Assembly (NCBI GenBank): GCA_977018835.1
Contig: OZ361258.1
Coordinates: forward strand, 1,054,001-1,118,000
Origin: Minutocellus sp. GHC0000111
Taxonomy: Eukaryota
Reading direction: 5' to 3'
Length of the DNA stretch: 64,000 nucleotides
Shown here: positions 1 through 10,744 of the stretch, in pieces
How the letters are laid out: each line of letters begins with the position of its first letter
Numbering within the stretch: the stretch's first letter is position 1
Made by a program: the position numbers and the translations under genes
Notes under the pieces: model-generated
What the model was told of the DNA's origin: nothing
Seen by the model: only the letters and a program-made list of their open reading frames with translations
The model's database searches: none

Positions 1-280
1 ACGACGCGCACATTCGTTTCCCCGGTGCGGTTGCATACTCGTCTGATGCTGAGCCTTCAAGTAGAATGGAAGGCACCCCAAAGGTCCACAGTCCCAGACC
101 GATGCCGATAGATTTTGGTCCATTTCCATCTGCTTCTTGTGTCACTGGTATGGTCAGTGTGAGGAACTGGCAGTCCAGCGACGAGAGGAGGGAAAGCAGC
201 AGAGCCACAACGGTAGAAAAGAGGAGGGGAGACGGTGCAAACCGCACACGGCACTGGCTGGGCTGGATGCAGTATTCCAT
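1..280 (-). CDS. 5' part of a membrane protein (claudin-like tetraspan type), runs off the window edge
   Basis: Manual translation from ATG at 280 gives MEYCIQPSQCRVRFAPSPLLFSTVVALLLSLLSSLDCQFL...GIGLGLWTFG, i.e. a TM helix, C-x-F and a GLW motif. The frame is open to position 1 and is not in the ORF track. Confidence 0.55.
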   Translation of the reverse strand, partial: MEYCIQPSQCRVRFAPSPLLFSTVVALLLSLLSSLDCQFLTLTIPVTQEADGNGPKSIGIGLGLWTFGVPSILLEGSASDEYATAPGKRMCAS

Positions 281-841
281 CTCGTTCCTTTTTCGTTCGA
301 ACCCCCGCTATGTAACGGTATTATATCATTGAGGACAACTCATTCGCATTCGTGCGTGGTAACAAGTTGAGTTGAGCTCGGCCTCTTTGTGTGCGTTCGG
401 GTTTGTGCTTTGACGGGATTTGATTTTGGTTTTGCTCGCAGTGATTTTCATGCAATGGTATTTCCCTCTTGATATTTCGCGCCAGTGTCTTGCAGCCTAA
501 ACAAACACCAAACGAATGAGAATGAATTGTTCGCCACACCGGCAATGAGTATTATGCACCGTTTCGAGATGCTCTCGTTTCTCGGTGCCGTTTGCCAACT
601 CTCTGGTGCGGTGGGTCATTTATGGCCAAGTCAGCAAGTGAGCTCGCAAGCAGGAAAATGCTTGCATGCAGCAAGTCAGACATTCAAGGCGCGCACAAGT
701 TGCGCCAAAAATTTCGCATGCGCACCAGGGGGATCTGTCCGTCGTACCATCGTCCATCGTACCATCGCATCGTCGTCTCTTTAGCTTTGCCTCATTTCCA
801 GCTCATGCTCAAGATACTGAGACCAGGTCTGAGACGCCAGC

Positions 842-3092
842 ATGTCCCACCGCGCCCTTCGAAAGTTGCGAGAGGAGCAGCTCGCCACCGCCGCCGATGC
901 GCCGTCAGAGTCGGAGGAAGAAGATGACAGCTCATCCGACGGCGGAGGTGGAGTTGGCTTCGCCGGCCTGATGGACTCTGACTCCGAGAGTGAAAGTGAG
1001 AGCGAGAGTGAGTCAGATGCAGAGGAGGAAGATAAGGATGAACCTTCACATGATGGCATCGATGCTGATACGAAGGAGCCAGATCTCAAAGATGAAGAAG
1101 ACGATGGCAAAGACGAAAATGAGGAGGAAGAAGAAGAAGACCTCGACGCAATTTTGTCCGAGTTCCAATCCACGTCGGTATCCGCTGGCAACACAGCCGG
1201 TCCTGCCACCTCATCCATTACAACCACCGCCGCCAACGCCACGGCCGCCTTCCTGACCAATCTGGACAGCCGCGACCTTGACCTCGAACGGAGCATGGGC
1301 AGCCTCCTCGGCGGTGGAGGCGGTATGGGCAACCTCGGCCTCAACAATGCCGCCGCCGAGGACGACGACAATGCCCCCCAGCTCAACCGGATGCACCCGG
1401 CCATGCGGGGTCGGAATCAGCGCGGGATGCGCACGCACGTCATGGGAGGACGATCTTCCGCACCCACCGGCGGGAGGAAATTTGTCTTTGGCAAGCCAGG
1501 AGAGACGTGTGGCCGACCTCCCAGCTATATTGGTGGTGGGCTGGGTATGGACGTCAAGGGTGCCGAGGAGCTGGGTAGGTCGCAGGGGTTGCCGTGGCCT
1601 TATTCCACCCTCGACGATGAGAGCACCATTCATGGACCCAACCTGTACCGATCGGCGCGGTGGCACAGCTTTACCCGATCCGACTCGTATGCCGCCCAGA
1701 GTGCCGAGTACGAGCACGTGGCGGCATCGGGCGATGTCAACGCTCTGGCATTGTTTGTGGCCGACAACCCCTACCATGCCGAGGCATCCTTGCAGCTATG
1801 TTCGGTTCTACAACCGAGAGTCGGCCATGGATTTGCTCAAACGAGTACTGTGGATATATGAATGCGCTGCACCCGCGTCGTTCATGCCCGGTGGTGGGAG
1901 GTTGCAGAAGCAGGAAAACAATTCCACCAACAATAGTCATTCGTCGCCAATTCTCATGGACCAGTCCAAGGAGGAAAATGACGGATTCTTCTCGGCATTG
2001 TTCCGTCTCATGAGGACTAGCTGTATGGTGGGATGCGTGGCAACCTCACTTGCTGTGGGAAGGTACATACTGTCTCTGGATCCCCTCCGCGATCCCATGG
2101 GGTTACTGCTTACGCTCGATTACTTCGCTCTGAACACGGTAAAGGAGGAAAATGCTCGATTCCTGGTGGATTTGGTCGAGTCTGGGACTGTGAAACTTTT
2201 TCACAAGGAGGGCAACAAGACTTACTGCGGTGAGCTGACGGACCTACCGAATATGGCCTTTTCTTATGCTCTGGCCTTGTTTCGCCTAAAAGATTTAGAT
2301 GAAACTGGAAACGAAGACGAGGACGACGTACCATCGTTCTCCGATCGTGCCGATGAGGCTCTTCGCGAGGCTCTGCGAAAGTTTCCTCCAGTACTTGAGC
2401 TGTTATTGGACAAGAACGAAGTGAATACTACCGGTCGATCATTCCAGATGGACTGGCCATCTATTTTGCCACACTTTCGCAGCATGACGGAGGCTGCCTC
2501 ATCAGCCAAACCCAGCGCGAGTGAAGCCTCTGATGCCGACTCGTTGCAGCATCGGGCCATGGCGACTGGTGCCGGCGCTCACGTGATCAAAATTTTCATT
2601 CAACGCAGCCACAAGCTTTGGAGCGGCGAAGATGTTTTGCGGTGGTTGTATGATGCCTGTGCAGCGGTGATGAAAGGGCCCAAGGGTGAAGGCGATGGAA
2701 ACGGCATTCCACAAGTGCCAGCCTCATTCCATCCAGCTCTTATTCGATACATGCGCGTTGATCCCGCCGACTACGAAGATGCCTTCACCACTCTACCTGC
2801 AGATGCCAATCCTCTGGACCCGGCATTGGTCGCTCCAGCCCTGGCACTCGATCCAAATAGAAGACGCTTAGGCCGGAGGATGCCACGGGGAGGAGCAATG
2901 GGTGGAGGAGACTTCGAAGATTTGCAGCAGCAACTACTGCAAATGGCTGGCGTCGCCGGTGGTGCCGACGGCATGGTGATGATTGATCCAGACCTTCCGC
3001 TGGCGGAAGTCTTCTGGAGGAGTCTCATGCCTTGGGCCAGAGTAGAAGGAGTGCCCGAAGGCCCTCCACCTCATAATCCACCGAATGCTTAG
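842..3092 (+). CDS. TCF25: TCF25/Rqc1 ribosome quality-control family protein, frameshifted near 1810
   Basis: N-terminal MSHRALRKLREE plus acidic tract and 'NPYHAEASLQL' lie in frame 842. 'AMDLLKRVLW', 'LSLDPLRDPMG' and 'LPNMAFSYALALF' lie in frame 1278. The frame switches at ttcggttcta/caaccgagag with no intron visible. Confidence 0.8.
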
Positions 3093-3129
3093 AGCGTGGT
3101 ATAAATTGCTAGCAAAAGATTTAAATAAA

Positions 3130-4515
3130 TTACGTAGCTTTATGATACTTCCATCCCAATGCTGTCAAAGGATGTGTGACACGATATTCTTTACCATAAA
3201 GAGACACATATCCATCACCCCTCTCCTTGAAGTCTTCGATGATGTTTTCCAATGATGGTAGCGGCGCAGTATTTGCATTGACGTGGCAATCTCCGCTCGA
3301 AACATCAATCATTGTTGGCAAGAGTGACTTTACTACGTACCTTCCAATGCCGAGGCTTGCAGTCAACCCCGTCGAGCGTATTCCAGCTGCGCTAATCCAA
3401 CGCCGCTCCGGATAGGCATGTATCTGGTAGTCACGCTTGTTGGTCCCTGGGCGAATCCCTACATATTCACCAACAAAGTCGACAGTTGGATCGAGACCGG
3501 GCAATATTTTCGTTCCCAGGTCAGCCAGCTGTTCTGCCACAGCTTTATCCGGCTCTCTGTCAACACGACTCTCCTGATCGAGTGCCGTCGGGCCCACAGC
3601 AATTTGATTGTAGAGCGTGCTGAAAACAAATATCCCTTTGCTGAACTGATTTGGCACCGGTTGAATTGGACAATTGAAGCGAGTTTCGTCGGTCGCATTG
3701 AAGATTCGATACTGTCCTCGTCGTGGGCGGCCCTCCCATGTGGCTGGCGGGGCATCAATTGTACCAGACTGAGTCACATCGCAATCTATCCCAGTGGCAT
3801 TGATGACTACCCTTGCTTGAATACGATCTGGCACTGGCGTGTCAGATGTGTTTGACGTGGAATGATTTGAGTCACTAGCAGCTTTTTCCTTTTGCACCAT
3901 CCAAACCTTCTCCTTTTCATCAAAGGCTGAATCAATTGCCGAGTATCGAAAGTTGGTGTAAACAGTAAGTCCATTCTCACGCGCCTGAACAAGAAGTGCC
4001 ATTGGAAACAACCAAGGATCGAGCACAATCTCTCCCTTGATATGAACAGCACCTTGACATTGTCGAGACAGGTTGGGCTCCAATTCGTCCACCTCTGCAG
4101 AGCTCAGTATTGCCGCGTGAGTATCGCCTGCATCCCAGGACTCTCGTGCCACTTCTTCAAGTTTGTGCTTGGGAGACTCGCTACTGCCGCCACCCGTGTC
4201 ATTGTCTGCGTCCCAAGGCCACAAACAAACCAGACTTCCGCATGGTCTATTGGGTACGTTGTGGTCAAGACAAAAAACCCTTATCTGACTAATGGCGTCT
4301 CTAATGAGGGCCCGCTCGAGAGTTCAGGGTAATGCATCCACACCGGTACAAGCGATGCCCGAGTTGCTCCCAGAGGCACCGGTGAGCAAATCTGGAGACG
4401 ATTCAAGTAGGACAACCCGAAGGCCTGCGAGGACTGCCGATCGAGCGATTGTGATGCCAACCACCCCGCCGCCGACTACCGCAACGTCATAGGTTTGCGC
4501 CGAGCTCTCGGCCAT
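3130..4515 (-). CDS. FAD-dependent oxidoreductase (LhgO/GlpA-like DAO family) with in-frame TGA at 4324-4326
   Basis: YDVAVVGGGVVG Rossmann motif, GASGSNSGI, KGIFVFSTLY..VGPTA, YVGIRP and GIRSTGLTAS. The frame continues through the TGA (DALP*TLERALIRD...LWPWD). Confidence 0.8.
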
Positions 4516-4730
4516 TTTGTTGCAAAAATGAGGCGAGGTCGGTCGGTTGCAGTCGAGGTGGTCGGTCCGTCGTCCGTTAGATGCGAGAGATCAGCTGACG
4601 ACTTGCCTTCGCCACTGTTCTTGGGCCCATGGCCGGGAGCGCTGGTATCTTTCTTGTCGCGGCAGGATCGCTGCTTGCAGCAGCGGCCGATTCGCTTTCT
4701 TATCCACTGTGCATTACCCGAAGGAAAATC

Positions 4731-5510
4731 ATGAGTTCCAAGGCGGCGGCACGTGGGGCGGCCACGAGGCTCGCAGCCGTATCCAAGCAAAGTAGCAAAA
4801 GATCTTCTGCCGCGGGTGGATCAACGACTACGAGTAGTAAGAAGCAAAAGACGACACCCGCCAAAGATGATTCCACTGCGCCTTGGTATCACTTTTTTAC
4901 CAAGGGCGACGAAGATTACGATCGGTACATGTCGACGGAATGGGGCTTTGAGAAACGAAGCGATCGGGACCTATTTGAGAAATTGAGTTTGGAGGGCGCC
5001 CAGGCCGGACTCAGCTGGAAGACGATCCTCACAAAACGCGAAGCATATCGCCAAACATTCCACAATTTTGACGTGGACAAGTGTGCCAAAATGAAGAATT
5101 CAGATGTTACCAAGATACTCGAAATTGAAGGGAGTGGCCCAGATGTCGTCGTGAGACACAAAGGAAAGATTGAAAGCGTGATAAACAATGCCCAAATGAT
5201 TCAAACGATGAGAAAGGGCGAGCTACAGAAATCTGGGCAAACTTTTGGAGAGTTTCTTTGGTCATTCGTTGATAACAAGCCAATTCTCAACAGCTGGAAA
5301 GCACTCTCGGATATGCCCAGCAAGACAGATGAAAGTGAGGCGATGAGTAAGGCTCTTCGGAAACGAGGGTTCCGGTTTGTAGGTCCGACCACATGTTACA
5401 GCATGATGCAAGCGTGTGGCCTTGTCATCGATCATCCCGTGGGCACCAAGGAATGGATCGAAGCCAAGAGAAGTCTAGAGAAGAGATCAGGAGGATACCA
5501 GTCGCGCTAG
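4731..5510 (+). CDS. tag: DNA-3-methyladenine glycosylase I (TAG family)
   Basis: EWG...LFEKLSLEGAQAGLSWKTILTKREAY and GFRFVGPTTCYSMMQACGLVIDH motifs; basic NLS-like N-terminus. Confidence 0.9.
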   Translation: MSSKAAARGAATRLAAVSKQSSKRSSAAGGSTTTSSKKQKTTPAKDDSTAPWYHFFTKGDEDYDRYMSTEWGFEKRSDRDLFEKLSLEGAQAGLSWKTILTKREAYRQTFHNFDVDKCAKMKNSDVTKILEIEGSGPDVVVRHKGKIESVINNAQMIQTMRKGELQKSGQTFGEFLWSFVDNKPILNSWKALSDMPSKTDESEAMSKALRKRGFRFVGPTTCYSMMQACGLVIDHPVGTKEWIEAKRSLEKRSGGYQSR

Positions 5511-5591
5511 TTAGATAGAGCGCTTCAAAGGAGATTATCCTTCAAATAAGCTGGAGCAAAATGCATGGATTAAAATATTCTCAGAAACTAC

Positions 5592-7142
5592 TTATTTTAC
5601 CTTCTTTTCATACGATTCCTTTGCCCCTTTATTCGCTTTGATATACCCCTTTAGTATTGCCCCCAACAAGTTGACATTGGCTGTGAAAAAGTTTACCGAT
5701 GCCAACCACACCAGCAAATGGACCGGCATACCTTGCATCTCAAGACAAAATGCCGAGCCAAGCCATGTTACGACAGAAATGCCGAGATATGCTAGCGATA
5801 TCTTCATTTGACGCGAATTCCATTGTATTCTGCCGGAGCATAGAGGCAGTAGGCACAGATACCAAGTAAAATATTGCGCTGTGATGACCTTGTTGTGGGC
5901 AACAAAGAGAAAAGTTTGTACAAAAAGTGCCAACGATAGGTCATACGGAGCAATACCAAGACTGACATAAAGCAAAAGTACAGCCTGTGGAAGAAGTAAT
6001 ATTCTTCCAATCCATGCCATGGCGCCAAATGAAGAGGACGCCGAGCTACTACTTGTGACACTTGCACTCAGCGATTGTGCGATCCGACCACGGGCAAGGT
6101 AGATCCAATACCAGTGCATCGAGTAATTGTGTCGGTGATCGACTCTTGAGAAATGATAGAGAAATCCTTCCTCCAAAGCCTTGTCCCCATATCCCGAGAC
6201 AGCCAAATATGTCAACCCACCAAATGTTGATAAGGAAATGACCAGAAATAGCACAGCAGATGGCGTCAAAAATAAGCGTTGAATCCACAGCCCAATCAGA
6301 TGCAAGAGCCGACCAGGATTAGTCCATGGAAATGGGGATTCTCCAGATGGCAATGGTTGCAATACTCTCTTCCAAGTGTGCCCATGTTCTTGATAGCTTA
6401 TGTATGCCATGAAAGAAACGGTATAAATCACCGGATAGAGCTTAGAATGGATAGCAATGCCATGCATGATGCTCGCAACGACGGCTCTTCCGATAATGCT
6501 ACTTCTTGCTGCCCTTTCCTTACTTCCATTGACCAACAAAACCACAGTCAGCAGTACCGGCAATATCACTACAAAACTTTCAGCCGATCCTCGGGTGCAT
6601 ATGTTGATTGCCAATGGGTTGTACATCCACCATAGAGCATCGATTAGCTTTGGATTTTGCAACGCTCCAAGAATTGTGTTGGGGTCATTCAATTGCTCAT
6701 CACCTTGTGATATCCGCGTCTGCCTTCGCAAAGATACAATAATCTTGCCACAAATCACATCCGCCACGCAAAATAATAACCGACCAAAGTATCGTCGGTC
6801 CAACCACCAAGTAAGAAGGGTTGATATCGGGGTATTGCCGGTAACACCATTGCTTTGAAATTGAATTGGCCATGCAAAAAGTGACGCCAGAAATGGAGTG
6901 TACCGATAGGTGTGTCTATCGTAGGGACTTTTCCCCGCGGCGACGTAATCGGCAGCATCGGTAAACACATCGTAATCAATGTCTGTATAACGCACGCCCT
7001 GAAGGAGGAAACCATCGTCGAGGAGGAGGGGCAGGGCTATCATGATGGCGAGACGGATGGTCAGTCCGTACAGGACGGGGTGTTCGGCCAAGGACTGGAG
7101 AAGGCGCACCATTGCTGACTTTTGTGGTGGGGACGAGGGCAT
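5592..7142 (-). CDS. PIGM: GPI mannosyltransferase 1 (PIG-M/GPI14)
   Basis: YTDIDYDVFTDAA, SPYDRHTYRYTP, NPLAINICTRGSAES, YHFSRVDHRHNYS and NKVITAQYF motifs; C-terminal KKxK ER-retrieval signal. Confidence 0.95.
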   Translation of the reverse strand: MPSSPPQKSAMVRLLQSLAEHPVLYGLTIRLAIMIALPLLLDDGFLLQGVRYTDIDYDVFTDAADYVAAGKSPYDRHTYRYTPFLASLFAWPIQFQSNGVTGNTPISTLLTWWLDRRYFGRLLFCVADVICGKIIVSLRRQTRISQGDEQLNDPNTILGALQNPKLIDALWWMYNPLAINICTRGSAESFVVILPVLLTVVLLVNGSKERAARSSIIGRAVVASIMHGIAIHSKLYPVIYTVSFMAYISYQEHGHTWKRVLQPLPSGESPFPWTNPGRLLHLIGLWIQRLFLTPSAVLFLVISLSTFGGLTYLAVSGYGDKALEEGFLYHFSRVDHRHNYSMHWYWIYLARGRIAQSLSASVTSSSSASSSFGAMAWIGRILLLPQAVLLLYVSLGIAPYDLSLALFVQTFLFVAHNKVITAQYFTWYLCLLPLCSGRIQWNSRQMKISLAYLGISVVTWLGSAFCLEMQGMPVHLLVWLASVNFFTANVNLLGAILKGYIKANKGAKESYEKKVK

Positions 7143-7367
7143 TTTGTTGGCAATGTGGCGCTGAACAACCGGCAGCGACACCAATACAACGGAGAGCACA
7201 ATACAAGAGTCAGTCGAGAGGATGTGGGAGGAAGGGCTGGAAGGAGGCGCATAGCGTCATAGTCGTCATGAGGCGAGGCGCAGGCGAGGCGGCAGGCGAG
7301 AGGCAGCAGGGGCTGGTCGAGCTACGTACGAGCACGATGGTACGTACGTCCTTTTGTTGAGTACTCA

Positions 7368-9565
7368 ATAGCATTCGAATTTAAACCTCCATGCAGGAAA
7401 GCGATCTTTGGTTGCTGACAACTTCGGGCTTCTTCGCGCTCCTCGCTTCACAGCACCATCTGCCAGCCGGATGACTCGCATACTTTTGGTCGCACTTTCG
7501 GTGGCCGGCCGGCGCGCGAAGCAACCGACCGGCGCGCCCAACACGAGCCACCATGGCGGCAAATATTCAAGTTGCCGCCGCTACGTGCAGAACGAAGGCG
7601 ACATCTCGCGCTGGTGTGGGAGAATTACGGCACGAGACCAACCAGGTACTCCCGACATCCTGGTGACATTCCCGTTGGTCTCGATCCACAATTCTCCATG
7701 AGCAAAACAAACAACGGCCGCAATCCCGCGGTCAAAACCGCAGACAGAGTTGCGGTGTGCAGGACGCCTGACAGGCTGAACTACTCGTCCGTCTTCGCAG
7801 AAAGGAACTTCATTACTACAATTTCATCGGCAACAACAACGACTCCTTGATGAATGTGTTGGGATGCAGTCCCATCATGCACGGCGCCGTCATGCACACT
7901 GCGGGCACCTTGGGTTTGAAGAAGAAGAAACACGAAGACTGCGATGTGTTTTTTGTGAGGACAGACAACCAGAATGGATGGAATGAAATGGCATCAAGAC
8001 ACTGCCTTGCCGACGACGTTCAGCGAACCCCATGCAAAAAGAGCATGTTTGTTCGCCTCGGTTCCATCAATCCTCGTGCAGCCGACGCTCTCCATGATGA
8101 TGGATGGATGGATGGCTTTCGACATGGTCACGGTCGAGCAACAATTTCGCCTCGAAGTGCCGCCGCCGCGGCTCAATTTGACGAAGGCATGTAATGCATT
8201 CCTCAAGTCGGTCGCACCACACATGTCGGTGGGACATGCGGCGATGGACTACGAAATCAACAGGCAGATGTTGCTCGAGGCCCAGAAGTTCCCTGGTGGG
8301 CATGCAATGGCCAGGACGATGGGTGGGACAATGACGACGATGTTGGGACGGTGGGCACCCTGACCACGACGGAGGCCGGTGAGATCAGTGAGGACGATGA
8401 CGACGAAGACGAGGACTATGTGCGCCCTGTCATGAGGACGAAGCTGACATTGCAAGAGAGGACTCCACACATGAAGCATGCACATGCAGCAGCACTTTGA
8501 GAAGAGTCGTCAGAAGCACGGTGATGGCGAGCCAGAGATGGGAGCTGTCGATGATGCCGAGGATGACGATGCCCCTCACTTCCATTTCCTGAAAAAGGCC
8601 GGCATTGAGGCGGCCGACTCAGGTAAAATAAGGGCAGTGCTGGCAGAGTGCTGGAGAGCTTTTTATCTATTAACATTTCTGATGGCAACAACAAGAAGAA
8701 ACCAAGGACAATGGAGTTCATCCACCATAACACCTCCACCAAAGGAACTCTCCTAGAGCACAATCGCGAGGAAGATGGCATGACGGATGACGACACATCA
8801 AAGAGCTCTGCAAAGCTTGCTCTAATTTGCTCCACACTCTTGACGCAACATGTTCCAGGTTTCTGAAATGGCACATGAAATGGGGGATGATGAGGCAAAG
8901 AAGGCTGTGAGAGAGCTTGAAGCATTGATTGCAAGTGCCCTCAAGCAAGCACGGGCAATCGGCATTAGCACAACGCCCAAGTGGCACTTACTCGAAGATC
9001 ACATCTTGGACCAACAACACATTTGGCTAGTGAAGAATGGATGGGGCGGCATCTGTTGGCTCGACGAATCGTTTGTAGAGCGAGCCCACCAAGAGGGCGT
9101 TAAGGAAGATCGTCGGACTCAGGGCGTCAAGGGACATGAGGCCCAACAGACGGCGCAGTTCAAGGCTGAGGAGAGGGCATCCAATCCAAAGGTCGAGGAG
9201 AGGCGGGAGCGAAACTCTCGGGTGTGGCAAGAACAAGGAAAAGGACAAGGACCGAAGCTGTTAAAGCAGAAACTGATGACAAGCGCCAACAAATGATCAT
9301 GATGGCCACCGATGGAGATGAGGATGTAGAGATGGGAGCAGGGCATGTATAAAATTAGAAAATGAAATTACACTGCTACTACACAACAGCAAATGAATCA
9401 TTGCATGATCAATCCAACTTTTACAAACAGTGTCGCGATTGAGCAAAAAAGTAAATAGCACACCCAAACAAACACATCACGTCCTTCTTAACTCACCCAT
9501 TTATCTCCCAGACCAAAAAGTCCCTTTGTCGGGTTGATTGTTGCATAAACTTATCCCAATGCTAT
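7368..9565 (+). mobile_element. Decayed DNA transposon (Chapaev/Transib-like DDE transposase remnant); boundaries approximate
   Basis: Fragmented same-strand ORFs 7698-9296. The C-terminal motif TPKWHLLEDH...GGICWLDESFVERAHQ matches the K-x-H-x-L-x-x-H...E-x-x-E-R-x-H pattern. Possible imperfect TIR ATAGCATT at 7368-7375 and 9558-9565. Base composition is strongly TpA-depleted. Confidence 0.65.
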
Positions 9566-10157
9566 CTGTCTCTCCTCGGGCGCAAAATTGTTGTCGGAAT
9601 TCCGGGGGGGGGGAGGTCGAGTGGGGATACGATCGGTCGGGATCAGCGAGAGTCGGTCATACGGGGGGTGCGGCGCAATCCCGGCAGTTTATCATCAACA
9701 ACAACGTGGGAAAGTACCAGAGGGTCTGGGGCATCACAACGGGAGCACGACGAGCACAAAGACGGAGCAATGGTGCCACCCCAGAGAAACGAACGGCCGA
9801 CAGATGGAGGAAAAAGTAGGCCGATGGTTCGTGGCGTTGATACGCAGCGGAGGCCAATCTGAGGATACAGTAAGCTTCAACTATATCCAAACATGATAAT
9901 GAATGCGTATTTGGTACGAAAATGTAGTTATACGCCGGCGCAACGCCGACGGACCACCATGGTGTTGGACGGTCAAAGAATGGGTGACGAACGAGATTAA
10001 GTTTTGGTGGGTTTCTTCGTGACGTGTTCGTCTTCTGCCGAAAAACGCTTCATCCGACCGGCGAAACAAGACGAGATGGGGCTGTGGCTTGTTGCTTCTG
10101 TCATTTATGATCGAACCCAACCCAAGCAAAGCAAACCTGCATCTCTCTCCCTCCACC

Positions 10158-10559
10158 ATGAAGCAATTTATTATTCTCATCCTCGCATTCGTTTTCTCCG
10201 TCAAGACCGCTCTCGCGAGTCGCCAGTCAACTCTGGTGGGCGCGCTCAATCGACAGGCCCACACGGCGTTCATAAGACCGGATCAAGATGTCATCCATTT
10301 CGCAGACGGCGATGAAGAGAGCACAGCGTTTGTTCGTCAGTGCGTCAACAAGGATTCCAACAAGCAAAAGCAGGGGCGATTTACGCGCAAGCATCAGCAG
10401 CAGCCCAAGCACGGCGAGGCGAACAATGGCACTCCTATCGCCTTCGCCGGCAAGAGAAAAGTGAAAGTAACGTCAGCAGCTTTTACCCCTGACACCAGGA
10501 GGGCAAAGAACCCCATTGTTCAGTATGGAGAGTACATGCCTCTCTACACTGGCTACTAA
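10158..10559 (+). CDS. Small secreted or plastid-targeted hypothetical protein
   Basis: CACC-ATG context; signal peptide MKQFIILILAFVFSVKTALA. Confidence 0.55.
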   Translation: MKQFIILILAFVFSVKTALASRQSTLVGALNRQAHTAFIRPDQDVIHFADGDEESTAFVRQCVNKDSNKQKQGRFTRKHQQQPKHGEANNGTPIAFAGKRKVKVTSAAFTPDTRRAKNPIVQYGEYMPLYTGY

Positions 10560-10744
10560 GTCGGCGCTGTCTTGGTAAACAGGCATTCGACATTTGCTTT
10601 GTACACTACGCATAAGTATTATTTTGCTTCATATCGATTACATACTCGACCAGTAACATTATAATAAGCAAGATTCTTGGTTCGCATAGGGACTAGCTAG
10701 ATACAGTGCATACATATAGCGTTAGAGCCACTGCTCTCTCTTAG

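Noticed and set aside
1278..1805. N-terminal third of the 604-aa ORF as real protein
   Set aside because: Low-complexity off-frame translation; the conserved TCF25 N-terminus is in the 842 frame.
4324..4326. Selenocysteine at the in-frame TGA
   Set aside because: The position corresponds to Gly, not Cys, in the family motif. The 3' intergenic gap is only ~40 bp with no evident SECIS.
9580..10100. Small ORFs between the transposon and the gene at 10158
   Set aside because: No recognisable motifs or consistent frame; cannot support a gene.
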